DNA of 64,000 nt from Candidatus Nealsonbacteria bacterium. GTDB lineage: Bacteria; Patescibacteriota; Minisyncoccia; Minisyncoccales; JANBVM01. Made by a program: the position numbers and the translations under genes. The notes below the pieces were generated by a model that was given only the letters and a program-made list of their open reading frames with translations, made no database searches and was not told the origin of the DNA. The stretch is from assembly GCA_047456295.1 (NCBI GenBank), contig CP179887.1, positions 495,159 to 559,158 of the forward strand. Direction: 5' to 3'. Of the stretch, positions 53,730 to 63,222 are shown in pieces (within the stretch, counting starts at the first letter, position 1; each line of letters opens with the position of its first letter).

Positions 53730-54182
53730 ATGAATAAAAACTTATTAAATTTAATATTATTGTTTTTATTAACTGTTTTAATTCTTCCTTTTTTCGTTTT
53801 AGCCCAAGACAGACCCTTGGATTGTTGTATATTGGGCAAGACAGTTGTCATAGAAGGAAATACCTATAATAAGGGTGAGACCGTTGGGAGAGGAGATATT
53901 TGTTCCTTAACCAATGCAGCTACAGACCATATAACAAAAAAATGGACGTTGATATGTCTCTTGAGTTCGGTAAAGCTTGTTACTGATTGGGTATTTACTT
54001 TTTTGGTAATATTTGTTTCAGCAATGGTAATATTGGGAGCTTATGAAATAAGTACTGCTGCAGGTTCTCCTGAAAAAGTTAAAAAAGGAAAAGACTATAT
54101 ATTATATGCCCTTGTCGGATTTGTAGTTGCTCTTCTTTCAAAGGGTATTCCAGACCTCATCAGTGTCTTGTTGGGAATTTAG
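53730..54182 (+). CDS. Cys-containing secreted protein with TrbC/VirB2-like two-helix module
   Basis: Signal peptide, then DCCILGKTV...GDICSLTN...WTLICLLSSVKLVTDWVFTFLVIFVSAMVILGAYEISTAAGSPEKVKKGKDYILYALVGFVVALLSKGIPDLISVLLG. Confidence 0.65.
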   Translation: MNKNLLNLILLFLLTVLILPFFVLAQDRPLDCCILGKTVVIEGNTYNKGETVGRGDICSLTNAATDHITKKWTLICLLSSVKLVTDWVFTFLVIFVSAMVILGAYEISTAAGSPEKVKKGKDYILYALVGFVVALLSKGIPDLISVLLGI

Positions 54183-54241
54183 AAGGTAGTTTTTAATTAA
54201 AAACTTTCTGTTATAGAATAAAAGGTCGGGTAAAATAAAAG

Positions 54242-54664
54242 ATGAAAGTAAACAGAAAAATGAGAAAAATACTTCCAAGTTTGATCTTAGTGGCTGTTTT
54301 AGCAGCAGTTCCTTTATTGTCTTTAGCTCAACCAGTAGATAGTTGTACCTTGAGACACGATCTTTCAGATTTTGATGCTGCTTGTATTGAAGGTGCCACG
54401 GTGAGTGAAGCAGAAACTAAGTCTTGGGGAATGTGCTGTATGTTAGATGCAGTTTATACCGTGGTTGATTGGGTATTTTTTGTTCTGGTAGCGGTGGTAG
54501 CTCTTTTAACCATTTTTGGAGGGTTCACCATATCTACGGCAGGTGGAGACCCGGAAAAAGTAAATAAAGGAAGGGATTATATACTATATGCTATGATAGG
54601 TTTGGCAGTTGCCCTTTTGTCTAGAGCAGTTCCATCGGTTGTTGCAGGATTAATAGGAGGATAA
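54242..54664 (+). CDS. Cys-containing secreted protein with TrbC/VirB2-like two-helix module
   Basis: Signal peptide, then DSCTLRHDLSDFDAACIEG...WGMCCMLDAVYTVVDWVFFVLVAVVALLTIFGGFTISTAGGDPEKVNKGRDYILYAMIGLAVALLSRAVPSVVAGLIG. It is the closest paralog of the 53730 ORF. Confidence 0.65.
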   Translation: MKVNRKMRKILPSLILVAVLAAVPLLSLAQPVDSCTLRHDLSDFDAACIEGATVSEAETKSWGMCCMLDAVYTVVDWVFFVLVAVVALLTIFGGFTISTAGGDPEKVNKGRDYILYAMIGLAVALLSRAVPSVVAGLIGG

Positions 54665-54720
54665 GAATAAAAGAGACTGAAGAGAGATTTTTTGCGTTTT
54701 AAAAAACATTTGATTTGAAA

Positions 54721-54753
54721 AAATCAACCCTATTTTTGGGGTTGATTTTATTT
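54721..54753 (+). terminator. Rho-independent terminator after the pilin-like triad
   Basis: aaatcaaccc-tatttttg-gggttgattt followed by a T-rich tract. Confidence 0.6.
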
Positions 54754-54806
54754 ATTTTAAAAGCTAAAATTCCTGTAGATAGAATAAGGTTATAAAAATG
54801 TTTTTT

Positions 54807-54888
54807 GCCCTCGTGGCGGAAATGGAATACGCGCAACGCTTAGGACGTTGTCCCGCAAGGGTTGCAGGTTCAAATCCTGCCGAGGGCA
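54807..54888 (+). tRNA. tRNA-Leu (anticodon TAG), type II
   Basis: Acceptor gccctcg/cgagggc, anticodon stem caacg/cgttg, loop ctTAGga, variable arm tcccgcaagggt. Confidence 0.9.
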
Positions 54889-54907
54889 TTATCTGTATCT
54901 CAAACAA

Positions 54908-54931
54908 AAAACCGCTTTTTAGGGCGGTTTT
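54908..54931. terminator. Bidirectional terminator between tRNA-Leu and the hsp20 3' end
   Basis: aaaaccgc-tttttagg-gcggtttt. Confidence 0.55.
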
Positions 54932-54942
54932 GATTTTAATAA

Positions 54943-55518
54943 TTAGTCTTCTTTTATAATAATCTTTCTTTTCTTTTCTCTTAATATTTTGGGTACCCTG
55001 ATTGTTAAAATTCCTTGTTTTAGTGTTGCCTCAACCTGATTGGGATTAACCTCAACAGGTAATATTATCTGTCTGGAAAATTGTCCCCAATAACATTCCT
55101 GAAAAAAATAGTCTTCATTTTCTTCTATGGGTCTTTTTCTTTCTCCTCTAATAGTGAGAAGGTCTCCTTCTATTGAAATATCCAGAACTTCTGGTTTTAT
55201 GCCAGCAATGGCTGATCGGACAACCAGGTGTGATTCTGTCTGATAAACATCAATTGCCAACTGACCTTCTGTTTCTGGCCATCTTTCTTCTTCCTTTACC
55301 AAGGGCTTTTTTATTTTAACTCTTTCTTTTTTGGGCATTTTTTTTAGTTCTGGTTTCTTTTCTTTTTCAACCTCCAGTTCAATAGGTATTTCTTTGATTT
55401 GTTCTTTTTTCGTTTCTTCTTCAGGCTCTTCTTTTATTTCTTCTTCAGGCTCTTCTTCATTAACCACTTGTTTGATACCCATGCCCTTTTTAAGTTTTTT
55501 AAAAAAAGAATTGTTCAT
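54943..55518 (-). CDS. Hsp20/alpha-crystallin small heat-shock protein with Glu/Lys-rich N-terminal extension
   Basis: The ACD core is LAIDVYQTESHLVVRSAIAGIKPEVLDISIEGDLLTIRGER...ATLKQGILTIRVPK. Confidence 0.88.
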   Translation of the reverse strand: MNNSFFKKLKKGMGIKQVVNEEEPEEEIKEEPEEETKKEQIKEIPIELEVEKEKKPELKKMPKKERVKIKKPLVKEEERWPETEGQLAIDVYQTESHLVVRSAIAGIKPEVLDISIEGDLLTIRGERKRPIEENEDYFFQECYWGQFSRQIILPVEVNPNQVEATLKQGILTIRVPKILREKKRKIIIKED

Positions 55519-55544
55519 GTGTTAATAAATTAAATAATTAATAA

Positions 55545-56270
55545 TTAAATATTTTGTTTGTGGGATATGTCTATTTTCTTTAGTTTTTTAAAACCAAAAG
55601 AAATAAAGACAGCTGAAATCATTAAAAGGGAAAAGGGAATTAAAATCTCTGAACCTTTTTCCATTTCTATTATAGAGAAATTATAGAAACCATGCAAGAG
55701 GACAGCTAATAGAAAGCCTATTGTGAGTAATTTCCCTCTTTTTTGTTTTTCAAAGAATGAAAGACCAATGAAAAAACCAATGATGGCTGAAGACAGGGCG
55801 TGTAAAAAAGTAGCCCCCAGGAACCTTAAGAGAGAAATCTTAAATATTTCTCCCCAAAAGACAGGCCTTATCAAGGGAGACAGGATTAAAAGGTTTTCTC
55901 CGGCAGCAAAACCTAAAGCTGCAATAATCATATAAATCATAGCGTCTACGGGTTCATCAAATTCAGGGTCGTTTAAAATCTTTTCTTTAACCACCAAGAA
56001 TTTTAAAAATTCTTCAACTAAAGCCACCCCTACAAACATGCTTAAAATCAAGGTAACAAAAGGAGAAAGATTTAATAATTTAATTTTTTCATAAAATATT
56101 GTTTCAAAAAAAAGGGCAGGCAGGGTCAACAGCATCCCGTAAAAAAAGATTTTTAGAATCATTGATTTTGGTTCTGGTTTGACGTCTCTCCTGAGATAAA
56201 ATTGGAGCCACAAGAAGCTGGGCAGTATTCCAAAAAAGATGTAGACAGAATAATTTAGAAAATAATTCAT
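55545..56270 (-). CDS. PrsW-family intramembrane metalloprotease
   Basis: Polytopic, with the EEFLKF, FAAGENL and HALSSAIIG motifs of PrsW. Confidence 0.8.
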   Translation of the reverse strand: MNYFLNYSVYIFFGILPSFLWLQFYLRRDVKPEPKSMILKIFFYGMLLTLPALFFETIFYEKIKLLNLSPFVTLILSMFVGVALVEEFLKFLVVKEKILNDPEFDEPVDAMIYMIIAALGFAAGENLLILSPLIRPVFWGEIFKISLLRFLGATFLHALSSAIIGFFIGLSFFEKQKRGKLLTIGFLLAVLLHGFYNFSIIEMEKGSEILIPFSLLMISAVFISFGFKKLKKIDISHKQNI

Positions 56271-57790
56271 ACGCTTGTTTTTTCAGTTACCCAAAAACCT
56301 AAATGTTTTCCCAGAATCAATCTTGTCTGGGCATCTAAAGAGGGAATGCTTCCAAAAAAAATCAAAGTAAAAGGCAATAATAGCCATTGCAAGATTAAGG
56401 AAAGATTTTTTAATTTACCCCATTGTTTTGGTTTTGGGGGTAGAATTAAAAAGCTAATTACACAAGACACAAGCATTCCTCCCATAGCCAGGGTCATTAT
56501 GTTTCTGGTGGCCCTGGGTAAATTATATGATAAAAGGGTGATGTTGAACCTTTCCCCTCCAAAGATTAAAGGCAGCCATCCTAAAAAGAAAATCAATAGA
56601 GACACGGTGGCCCAGGACCAAAATCCGTCCAGGATATTCCAGGAATGATAGAATTTCTTTGAAAGAGGAATCTTTTTGTTTTTTAAGAAACCAAACAACA
56701 AAAAGGGAATATCAATGCATCCCCAGGCCCAACGCCTCTGTTGCTTATATTGATTAACTATTGTACCTGAGAGATTCTTGGCTAAAACAGCATCCATTGA
56801 AACAGGATAATAAAGAGGGACAACCCGATAATCCCCGTTGTAAAAAAGATAAGATTTCCAGAAGATTCTTGAATCGTCAGGTACAACGTTGTTGGGATAC
56901 CCCACTTCTTCCAAGACCTTGAAAGGTATGGAATGAGAAGAATAGCTTACCAGGACCTCTGGTCTTTCTTGCTGTATCATCTGCCAGAAAGTGTTGGAGA
57001 TGGCAACCACCCTTGAAAAGTTGGGTGCTGACCAGATATTGTTATTATACACAGGAATGGGTTGATAAGAGGACCGGTAGGGTTTTTTAGAGGTTAAATA
57101 ATGGAATGTCAAACAAGCAAAATATTGAGGATATGGTCTTGTATCAATATCAAAACCAGAAACAATAATGTTCTCTTTGGGAATGTTTAAAGGTCTAATT
57201 ATCTTTTCTTTTATCACTTTTATTACCCAGGCTGTATTGGACCCCCTGCCTTTTATTTCTCCTGGCATATCCTTTGGATGAACCGTAACTAAAAAATTCA
57301 GAAATTTTTGGGAAAACTTTTCTTTTATCTCTTCTGCTCTTTTCCGAACCATTTCTCCTGCTCTTTCTTCTGTGGCCAAAACCACTATCATTCTATTTTT
57401 TGGATATTTTGAATCAACCAGAGCCTGACAAGAGCTTTCCACTATCTCTTTTTTCTCGTTATACATGGGCAGGATTATTAAATGATAGATTTTTTTCCAA
57501 TCACCAAGTTCATTGAGTTTTTCCAGCCAGTTGGTTTTGAGATTCTTTTTCATCTGTTTGAAACTTGTTATTTGATGAAAAGATAAATAGGTAATTTTAA
57601 ACAACCAATAGAGGTCAAACAAGATAATAAAAACAGCTACCACCACAGGGGCTAGCCAGGAAAGGAGAAAAACTCCAGCAAGGGTTGTCCAAGATAAAAA
57701 TCCAGGAAGGATTTCCAGGAATCGATATATAAACTTTTCCTTTTGATTGTTTAAGTCTTTAGCCCTTGATAGCGAGAGATAATCTTTCAT
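56267..57790 (-). CDS. Membrane-embedded family-2 glycosyltransferase (processive synthase type, QxxRW)
   Basis: 507 aa with N- and C-terminal TM bundles, a GT-A core (ILPMYNE, FDIDT) and QQRRWAWG. There is a 4-nt overlap with prsW. Confidence 0.8.
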   Translation of the reverse strand: MKDYLSLSRAKDLNNQKEKFIYRFLEILPGFLSWTTLAGVFLLSWLAPVVVAVFIILFDLYWLFKITYLSFHQITSFKQMKKNLKTNWLEKLNELGDWKKIYHLIILPMYNEKKEIVESSCQALVDSKYPKNRMIVVLATEERAGEMVRKRAEEIKEKFSQKFLNFLVTVHPKDMPGEIKGRGSNTAWVIKVIKEKIIRPLNIPKENIIVSGFDIDTRPYPQYFACLTFHYLTSKKPYRSSYQPIPVYNNNIWSAPNFSRVVAISNTFWQMIQQERPEVLVSYSSHSIPFKVLEEVGYPNNVVPDDSRIFWKSYLFYNGDYRVVPLYYPVSMDAVLAKNLSGTIVNQYKQQRRWAWGCIDIPFLLFGFLKNKKIPLSKKFYHSWNILDGFWSWATVSLLIFFLGWLPLIFGGERFNITLLSYNLPRATRNIMTLAMGGMLVSCVISFLILPPKPKQWGKLKNLSLILQWLLLPFTLIFFGSIPSLDAQTRLILGKHLGFWVTEKTSV

Positions 57791-57791
57791 G

Positions 57792-57863
57792 TGGCCCCAA
57801 GGGGAATCGAACCCCTGTTGACGGGATGAAAACCCGCCGTCCTATCCACTAGACGATGGGGCC
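57792..57863 (-). tRNA. tRNA-Glu (anticodon TTC)
   Basis: Acceptor ggcccca/tggggcc, anticodon stem gcggg/cccgt, loop ttTTCat. Its 3' end lies 1 nt upstream of the GT2 start codon. Confidence 0.9.
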
Positions 57864-57954
57864 TTAAAATCGATTTATTGACTTGTTTAATCTTCTATTT
57901 TATCTCAAAATTGAAAAAAGGCAAGTTTTTCTATATTATACCTTATTATCAAAT

Positions 57955-59025
57955 ATGATTATTCTTTCTATTGAAACTTCATGTGATGATACCTGCGTAG
58001 CTTTAATAGAGGCTAATGAGCAAAAAAGGTCAAGGATTAAGGTGTTGTCAAATCTTGTTTCTTCCCAAGTAAAGATTCATCAAAAATACGGTGGGGTTTA
58101 TCCTTTTTTAGCAAAGAGAGCCCATCAAAAAAATCTTCCTTTCTTGTTTAAAAAAGCAAAAAAGCAGGCTAAGAACCCCAACATTGATTTAATTGCCGTA
58201 ACCACAGGTCCTGGTCTGGAGCCCTGTCTTTGGGTGGGGGTGAATTTTGCCAAGGATTTGGCCAAGGAGTTAAAATTACCCATTCTTCCCATAAACCATA
58301 TTGAGGCTCATATCTTTACTGACTGGGCAATATCAAGTGTTAAACACCAGACACTGGATAAAATTTTTCCAGCTATTTATTTAATAGTTTCTGGGGGACA
58401 TACCCAGTTGATTTTAATAAGAGATTTTGGGGAATATAAGATTTTGGGAGAAACCCGAGATGATGCAGCTGGTGAATGTTTTGATAAAATAGGAAGGATG
58501 CTGGGACTGAATTATCCTGGGGGACCGGCCATAGAAAAACAGGCAGCTAAGATACAAAATATAAAGGATAAAATGCAGATTAGTTTACCCAGGCCAATGA
58601 TGCATCAGAAAAACTATGATTTCAGCTTTTCCGGGTTAAAAACAGCCGCCTTGTATAATTACAAAAGCCAAAAACCAGAGGTCAGGAAATCAAAAGAATA
58701 CATTCAGGCAATGTGTGCTGAAACCCAGCAGGCAATCATTGATGTTTTGCTCCATAAGACATTGAGAGCAGTAAGAGATTATAGGGTAAAAACCATTATC
58801 CTGGGAGGCGGGGTAACTGCCAATAAAGCATTAAGGAAGCAGTTTAAGGGGAGAATTAAAAGACAATTGCCAAACATAAAGTGCTTGTTACCAGACACAG
58901 AGTATAGTACTGACAATGCTCTAATGGTAGCTATAACTGCTTACCATTATTGGTTGAGAGGAACAAAGAGAAACTGGAAACAGGTGAGCGTAAATGCTAA
59001 CCTGAGCATAGAACATGAAATCTAA
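57955..59025 (+). CDS. tsaD: tRNA N6-adenosine threonylcarbamoyltransferase TsaD
   Basis: MIILSIETSCDDT, NHIEAH, VSGGHT and GGGVTANKALR. The ATG at 57955 is preferred to the track start at 57883. Confidence 0.9.
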   Translation: MIILSIETSCDDTCVALIEANEQKRSRIKVLSNLVSSQVKIHQKYGGVYPFLAKRAHQKNLPFLFKKAKKQAKNPNIDLIAVTTGPGLEPCLWVGVNFAKDLAKELKLPILPINHIEAHIFTDWAISSVKHQTLDKIFPAIYLIVSGGHTQLILIRDFGEYKILGETRDDAAGECFDKIGRMLGLNYPGGPAIEKQAAKIQNIKDKMQISLPRPMMHQKNYDFSFSGLKTAALYNYKSQKPEVRKSKEYIQAMCAETQQAIIDVLLHKTLRAVRDYRVKTIILGGGVTANKALRKQFKGRIKRQLPNIKCLLPDTEYSTDNALMVAITAYHYWLRGTKRNWKQVSVNANLSIEHEI

Positions 59026-61132
59026 AATATTAAAAGCATACAATTTCAAAAAAGTAGAAGATAGAATCTATAGGCTTTGGTTAAGGTCTGGTTTTTTTAA
59101 TCCTGATAAACTGCCGGGAAAGAGAAAGAAAACCTATACCATTATGCATCCTCCTCCAAATATTACAGGAAGGCTTCACATGGGTCATGCTTTAAATGCC
59201 ACTGTCAATGACATTTTAATCCGCTGGAAAAGGCTCCAGGGATACAAGACCTTATGGTTGCCAGGGACAGATCATGCTGGAATATCTACCCAGGTTCGGG
59301 TTGAAAAAGAATTAAAAAAACAAGGAAAAACCCGTTTTGATTTGGGCAAGAAATTATTTATCAAAAGGGTCTGGAAATGGAAAAAAGAATACGGAAATAT
59401 TATTTTGGAACAATTTAAGAAACTAGGCTCTTCTTTAGATTGGTCAAGGACAAGATTTACCATGGACAAAAAATACTCAGATGCAGTAAAAGAATCCTTT
59501 TTGAATTATTATAAGAAAGGTTTGATTTATAAAAAAGACAGACCGATTAATTGGTGTTCAAGATGTAAAACCAGTTTGTCAGATTTAGAGTTAGATTATA
59601 AAGAAGAAAAAGGAAAGCTGTGGTATATCAAGTATCCTTTGATGAAAGATTCCAGGAAAGTCTCTAAAACCTCAGGTTTTATTATTGTAGCCACCACCAG
59701 ACCTGAAACAATGTTAGGTGATACGGCAGTAGCTGTAAACCCCACAGACAAGAGATATAAAAACATGGTTGACAAATATGCTCTTTTGCCTCTGGTGAAT
59801 AAAAAAATTCCCATTGTTTCTGACAGATTGATTAATCCCAAATTTGGAACAGGAGCTGTGAAAATTACCCCTGCCCATGATTTGAAAGATTATAATGTAG
59901 GTATTTCTCACAATCTGGAGATTGTCCAGGTTATTGATGAGGAAGGCAGGATTACAGGGAATGCTCCAGCTGTCTACCAGAACCTCCGGGTTTCAGAAGC
60001 CAGAGAGAGGATTGTTAAAGATTTGGAAAAATTAGGGTTAATAAAAAAGATTGAAGAATTTTCTCATCAGATCCCTTACTGCGATCGTTGTAAAACAAGA
60101 ATAGAGGTTCTGCCTTCAGAACAGTGGTTTGTGAAAATGGACAGATTGGCAAAAATGGCAGAAAAAGAAGTGAGTTCGGGGAGAATAAAATTTCATCCAA
60201 AGAGATTTGAAAAAACCTATTTTGATTGGCTTTCAAATATTAAAGATTGGTGCATTTCAAGACAAATCTGGTGGGGACACAAGATTCCCGTCAAAGGGGT
60301 GAATGATGTTTTAGACACCTGGTTTTCTTCAGCCCTTTGGCCCTTTGCTGCCTTAGGCTGGCCCAAGAAAACCAGGGATTTAAAAACATTTTATCCCACT
60401 GATGTTTTATCCACAGCAAGGGACATCATTAACCTTTGGGTGGTGAGGATGATATTTTCTGGAATGGAGTTTATGAAAAAGAGACCTTTCAAAGACGTTT
60501 TTATTCACCCTATAATTTTAACAAAACAAGGAAAGAGGATGTCAAAATCTTTGGGGACCGGCATTGACCCCATGCTCTTGATTGATAAATACGGGGCTGA
60601 TGCTACCAGGTTTGGAATTGTCTGGCAGCTGACCGGAGTACAAGATGTCAGGTTTAATGAAGACAGTATTGTAATGGGGAAAAAGTTTTGTAATAAGATT
60701 TGGAATGCAACCAGGTTTGTAATATTCCAGATTTCAGACTCCAGGTTCCAGATTCCTTCCAAACTCCAGGTTTCCAAATCAAAACTTACAGAGAATGACA
60801 AGAAGATTCTGAAAGCCTTGAGTAAGACAATAAAATCTGTTGATGGTTATTTAACAAAGTTTCGTTTTGGAAAGGCAGCTAGAGAGGTATACAACTTTTT
60901 TTGGCATGATTTTTGTGACAAATACATTGAACAATCAAAGTCACAGATTGCAAATTCAAAGTCCCAGACTGAGAAAGAAAACACAAAAAAGATTCTATCA
61001 CATATCTTATTGAGTTCCCTAAAGATTCTGCACCCTTTCTTACCTTTTATTACCGAGGAGATTTATCAAAAATTACCCTTAACAAACAAGAAGAAATGTT
61101 TAATGATTGAAGACTGGCTTTATTCAAGATGA
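59015..61132 (+). CDS. valS: Valine--tRNA ligase (short, no C-terminal coiled coil)
   Basis: PPNITGRLHMGHAL (HIGH), GTDHAGISTQ and KRMSKSLG (KMSKS), with an editing domain present. 705 aa. Confidence 0.9.
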   Translation: MKSKILKAYNFKKVEDRIYRLWLRSGFFNPDKLPGKRKKTYTIMHPPPNITGRLHMGHALNATVNDILIRWKRLQGYKTLWLPGTDHAGISTQVRVEKELKKQGKTRFDLGKKLFIKRVWKWKKEYGNIILEQFKKLGSSLDWSRTRFTMDKKYSDAVKESFLNYYKKGLIYKKDRPINWCSRCKTSLSDLELDYKEEKGKLWYIKYPLMKDSRKVSKTSGFIIVATTRPETMLGDTAVAVNPTDKRYKNMVDKYALLPLVNKKIPIVSDRLINPKFGTGAVKITPAHDLKDYNVGISHNLEIVQVIDEEGRITGNAPAVYQNLRVSEARERIVKDLEKLGLIKKIEEFSHQIPYCDRCKTRIEVLPSEQWFVKMDRLAKMAEKEVSSGRIKFHPKRFEKTYFDWLSNIKDWCISRQIWWGHKIPVKGVNDVLDTWFSSALWPFAALGWPKKTRDLKTFYPTDVLSTARDIINLWVVRMIFSGMEFMKKRPFKDVFIHPIILTKQGKRMSKSLGTGIDPMLLIDKYGADATRFGIVWQLTGVQDVRFNEDSIVMGKKFCNKIWNATRFVIFQISDSRFQIPSKLQVSKSKLTENDKKILKALSKTIKSVDGYLTKFRFGKAAREVYNFFWHDFCDKYIEQSKSQIANSKSQTEKENTKKILSHILLSSLKILHPFLPFITEEIYQKLPLTNKKKCLMIEDWLYSR

Positions 61133-63222
61133 ATTTTTTTACCAAATTCTTTTATTTTATCTGCCAAAAGCGGATATTTTTTTAATTGAGGAGTTTTTTG
61201 TAAGATTTCTTTGGCCCAGAACCTGGTTTTCTCCATCAAGGAAACATCTGTTAAAGAAGCCATTACCAGATCAGGAATTCCCCATTGTCTGGCGCCAAAG
61301 ACATCACCTGGACCCCTGATGGCTAAATCTTTTTCTGCCAGTTCAAAACCATTTTCTGATTTTAAAATAGCTTGTAGTCTCCTGGTGGTTTTAATAGCTG
61401 GAGAGCCGGTGAATAAAAAGCAAAAAGATTGATCTTTACCCCTGCCTACCCTTCCCCTGAATTGGTGCAGCTGGGCCAGTCCAAATCTTTCAGCTCCCTC
61501 AATTATCATTAAGGTAGCGTTGGGAATGTCAATTCCCACTTCTATCACTGAAGTTGAAACCAAGATATCGCTTTTCCTGTTTTTAAATCTTTTCATTATT
61601 TTATCTTTTTCTTTTGGCTTCATTTTTCCATGCAGCATGTCTACCTTCAGATCAGGGAAGATTTTTTTTGATAGTTTTTCATGTTCTTCTTTAACAGCTT
61701 TGGCTTCTGCCCAGACCCCAATTGTTTCTCTGGGCTCTATTCGGGGACAGATCACAAATACCTGTTTTCCTTTTTTTATTTCCTCTCTAATAAATTTATA
61801 TATCTCTTTTCTTTTTTGAGGAGGGACTAATTTGGTGATTACTTTTTTTCTTCCTTTGGGCATTTCATCAAGCAGGGATAAATCCAGGTCTCCATAAATA
61901 GTTAAAGCCAATGTTCGGGGGATAGGGGTGGCGGTCATGGAAAGCAGGTGGGGTATAAGTCTTTTTTGAGAATTTGCATTCTGACAGAGATGGGCTCTTT
62001 GTTCAACGCCAAAGCGATGCTGTTCGTCTAAAATCACCAGAGCTAATTTTTCAAATTTTACATTTTCTTGAATTAAGGCATGGGTTCCAATGACAATATC
62101 TATGTTTCCTTTGTTTGTTTGTTCTAAGAACTCTTTTTTGGAAACCTTTTTTTCTGAAATCTTACAATCTTGCCCTGTTAAAAGCCCAATCTTTAATTTA
62201 AATTGCTTAAAAAGTTTTTTGAGATTTTTAAAATGCTGCTTGGCTAAGATTTCTGTCGGAGCCATAAAAGCTACCTGAAAATCTGCTTTAATCACGTTGA
62301 GAGCAGCAATCATAGCTACAACTGTTTTTCCAGAACCCACGTCGCCCTCTAATAATCTGTTCATTGGCCTTGGTTTTTCCAAATCTTTTAAGATTTGCCA
62401 GCTAGATTTTCTTTGGGCTGTGGTCAATTCAAAGGGTAAGGACTCAACAAATCCTTTGACAGCTTTGAGATTAAAGGGAATGGGCACTGCTTTTTCTCTT
62501 TTTAACCTCATTTTTTCCCTCAAGACGTTTAACTGAATGAAAAAAAGTTCCTGGAAAGAGAATCTTTCTCTAGCCTGTCTGGCTAATTCTTTTGAGTCAG
62601 GAAAATGAATCTGCCAGAGCGCTTTGTTTAATGGTAATAATTCATTCTCTTTTATAACTACATCAGGCAAGGGGTCTTTGATTTTTCTTTTAAAGTCAGC
62701 CAGAAGAGGCCTTAAGATATATCTCAGCCATCTGGAGGAAAGCCTTTCTGTTTCAGGATAGACCGGGATTAAGCCTCCTGTATGAATAAGGTTTTTTCTT
62801 TCCAGGTCAGAAATTTTTTCATAAGCTGGACTTGATAAATAAATACCGGCATAGCTTTTTTTACCCATAGCTACTTTTCCGGCCAGACAAACAAGGGTTC
62901 CAGATTTTAAGGTATCTGTTAAATAAGGCTGGTTAAACCAGACAACCTTTATAGCGCCTGAATCATCTTTTACTATGGCATTGGTTATCATCATTCTCTT
63001 TTGCCAGGTTCTGGTAGTGTTGATTTCTAAAATTTTCCCCTGGATGCAGACTGTTTCTCTGGCTTTTACCTTTGAAATCGGGGTCAATGTGGAAAAATCC
63101 TCATAGCGATGAGGAAAATGAAACAAAAGGTCTCCAACGGTTTTGATTCCCAACTTCTTTAATTTTTTTTGATATTGGGGACCGACTCGTGGAATTTTTT
63201 CAATTGGAGTGTTTAAATTCAT
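61120..63222 (-). CDS. recG: ATP-dependent DNA helicase RecG
   Basis: 700 aa with a wedge/OB domain, Walker A GDVGSGKT, DEQHRFG, and the TRG motif region QLHQFRGRVGRG. Confidence 0.93.
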   Translation of the reverse strand: MNLNTPIEKIPRVGPQYQKKLKKLGIKTVGDLLFHFPHRYEDFSTLTPISKVKARETVCIQGKILEINTTRTWQKRMMITNAIVKDDSGAIKVVWFNQPYLTDTLKSGTLVCLAGKVAMGKKSYAGIYLSSPAYEKISDLERKNLIHTGGLIPVYPETERLSSRWLRYILRPLLADFKRKIKDPLPDVVIKENELLPLNKALWQIHFPDSKELARQARERFSFQELFFIQLNVLREKMRLKREKAVPIPFNLKAVKGFVESLPFELTTAQRKSSWQILKDLEKPRPMNRLLEGDVGSGKTVVAMIAALNVIKADFQVAFMAPTEILAKQHFKNLKKLFKQFKLKIGLLTGQDCKISEKKVSKKEFLEQTNKGNIDIVIGTHALIQENVKFEKLALVILDEQHRFGVEQRAHLCQNANSQKRLIPHLLSMTATPIPRTLALTIYGDLDLSLLDEMPKGRKKVITKLVPPQKRKEIYKFIREEIKKGKQVFVICPRIEPRETIGVWAEAKAVKEEHEKLSKKIFPDLKVDMLHGKMKPKEKDKIMKRFKNRKSDILVSTSVIEVGIDIPNATLMIIEGAERFGLAQLHQFRGRVGRGKDQSFCFLFTGSPAIKTTRRLQAILKSENGFELAEKDLAIRGPGDVFGARQWGIPDLVMASLTDVSLMEKTRFWAKEILQKTPQLKKYPLLADKIKEFGKKIHLE

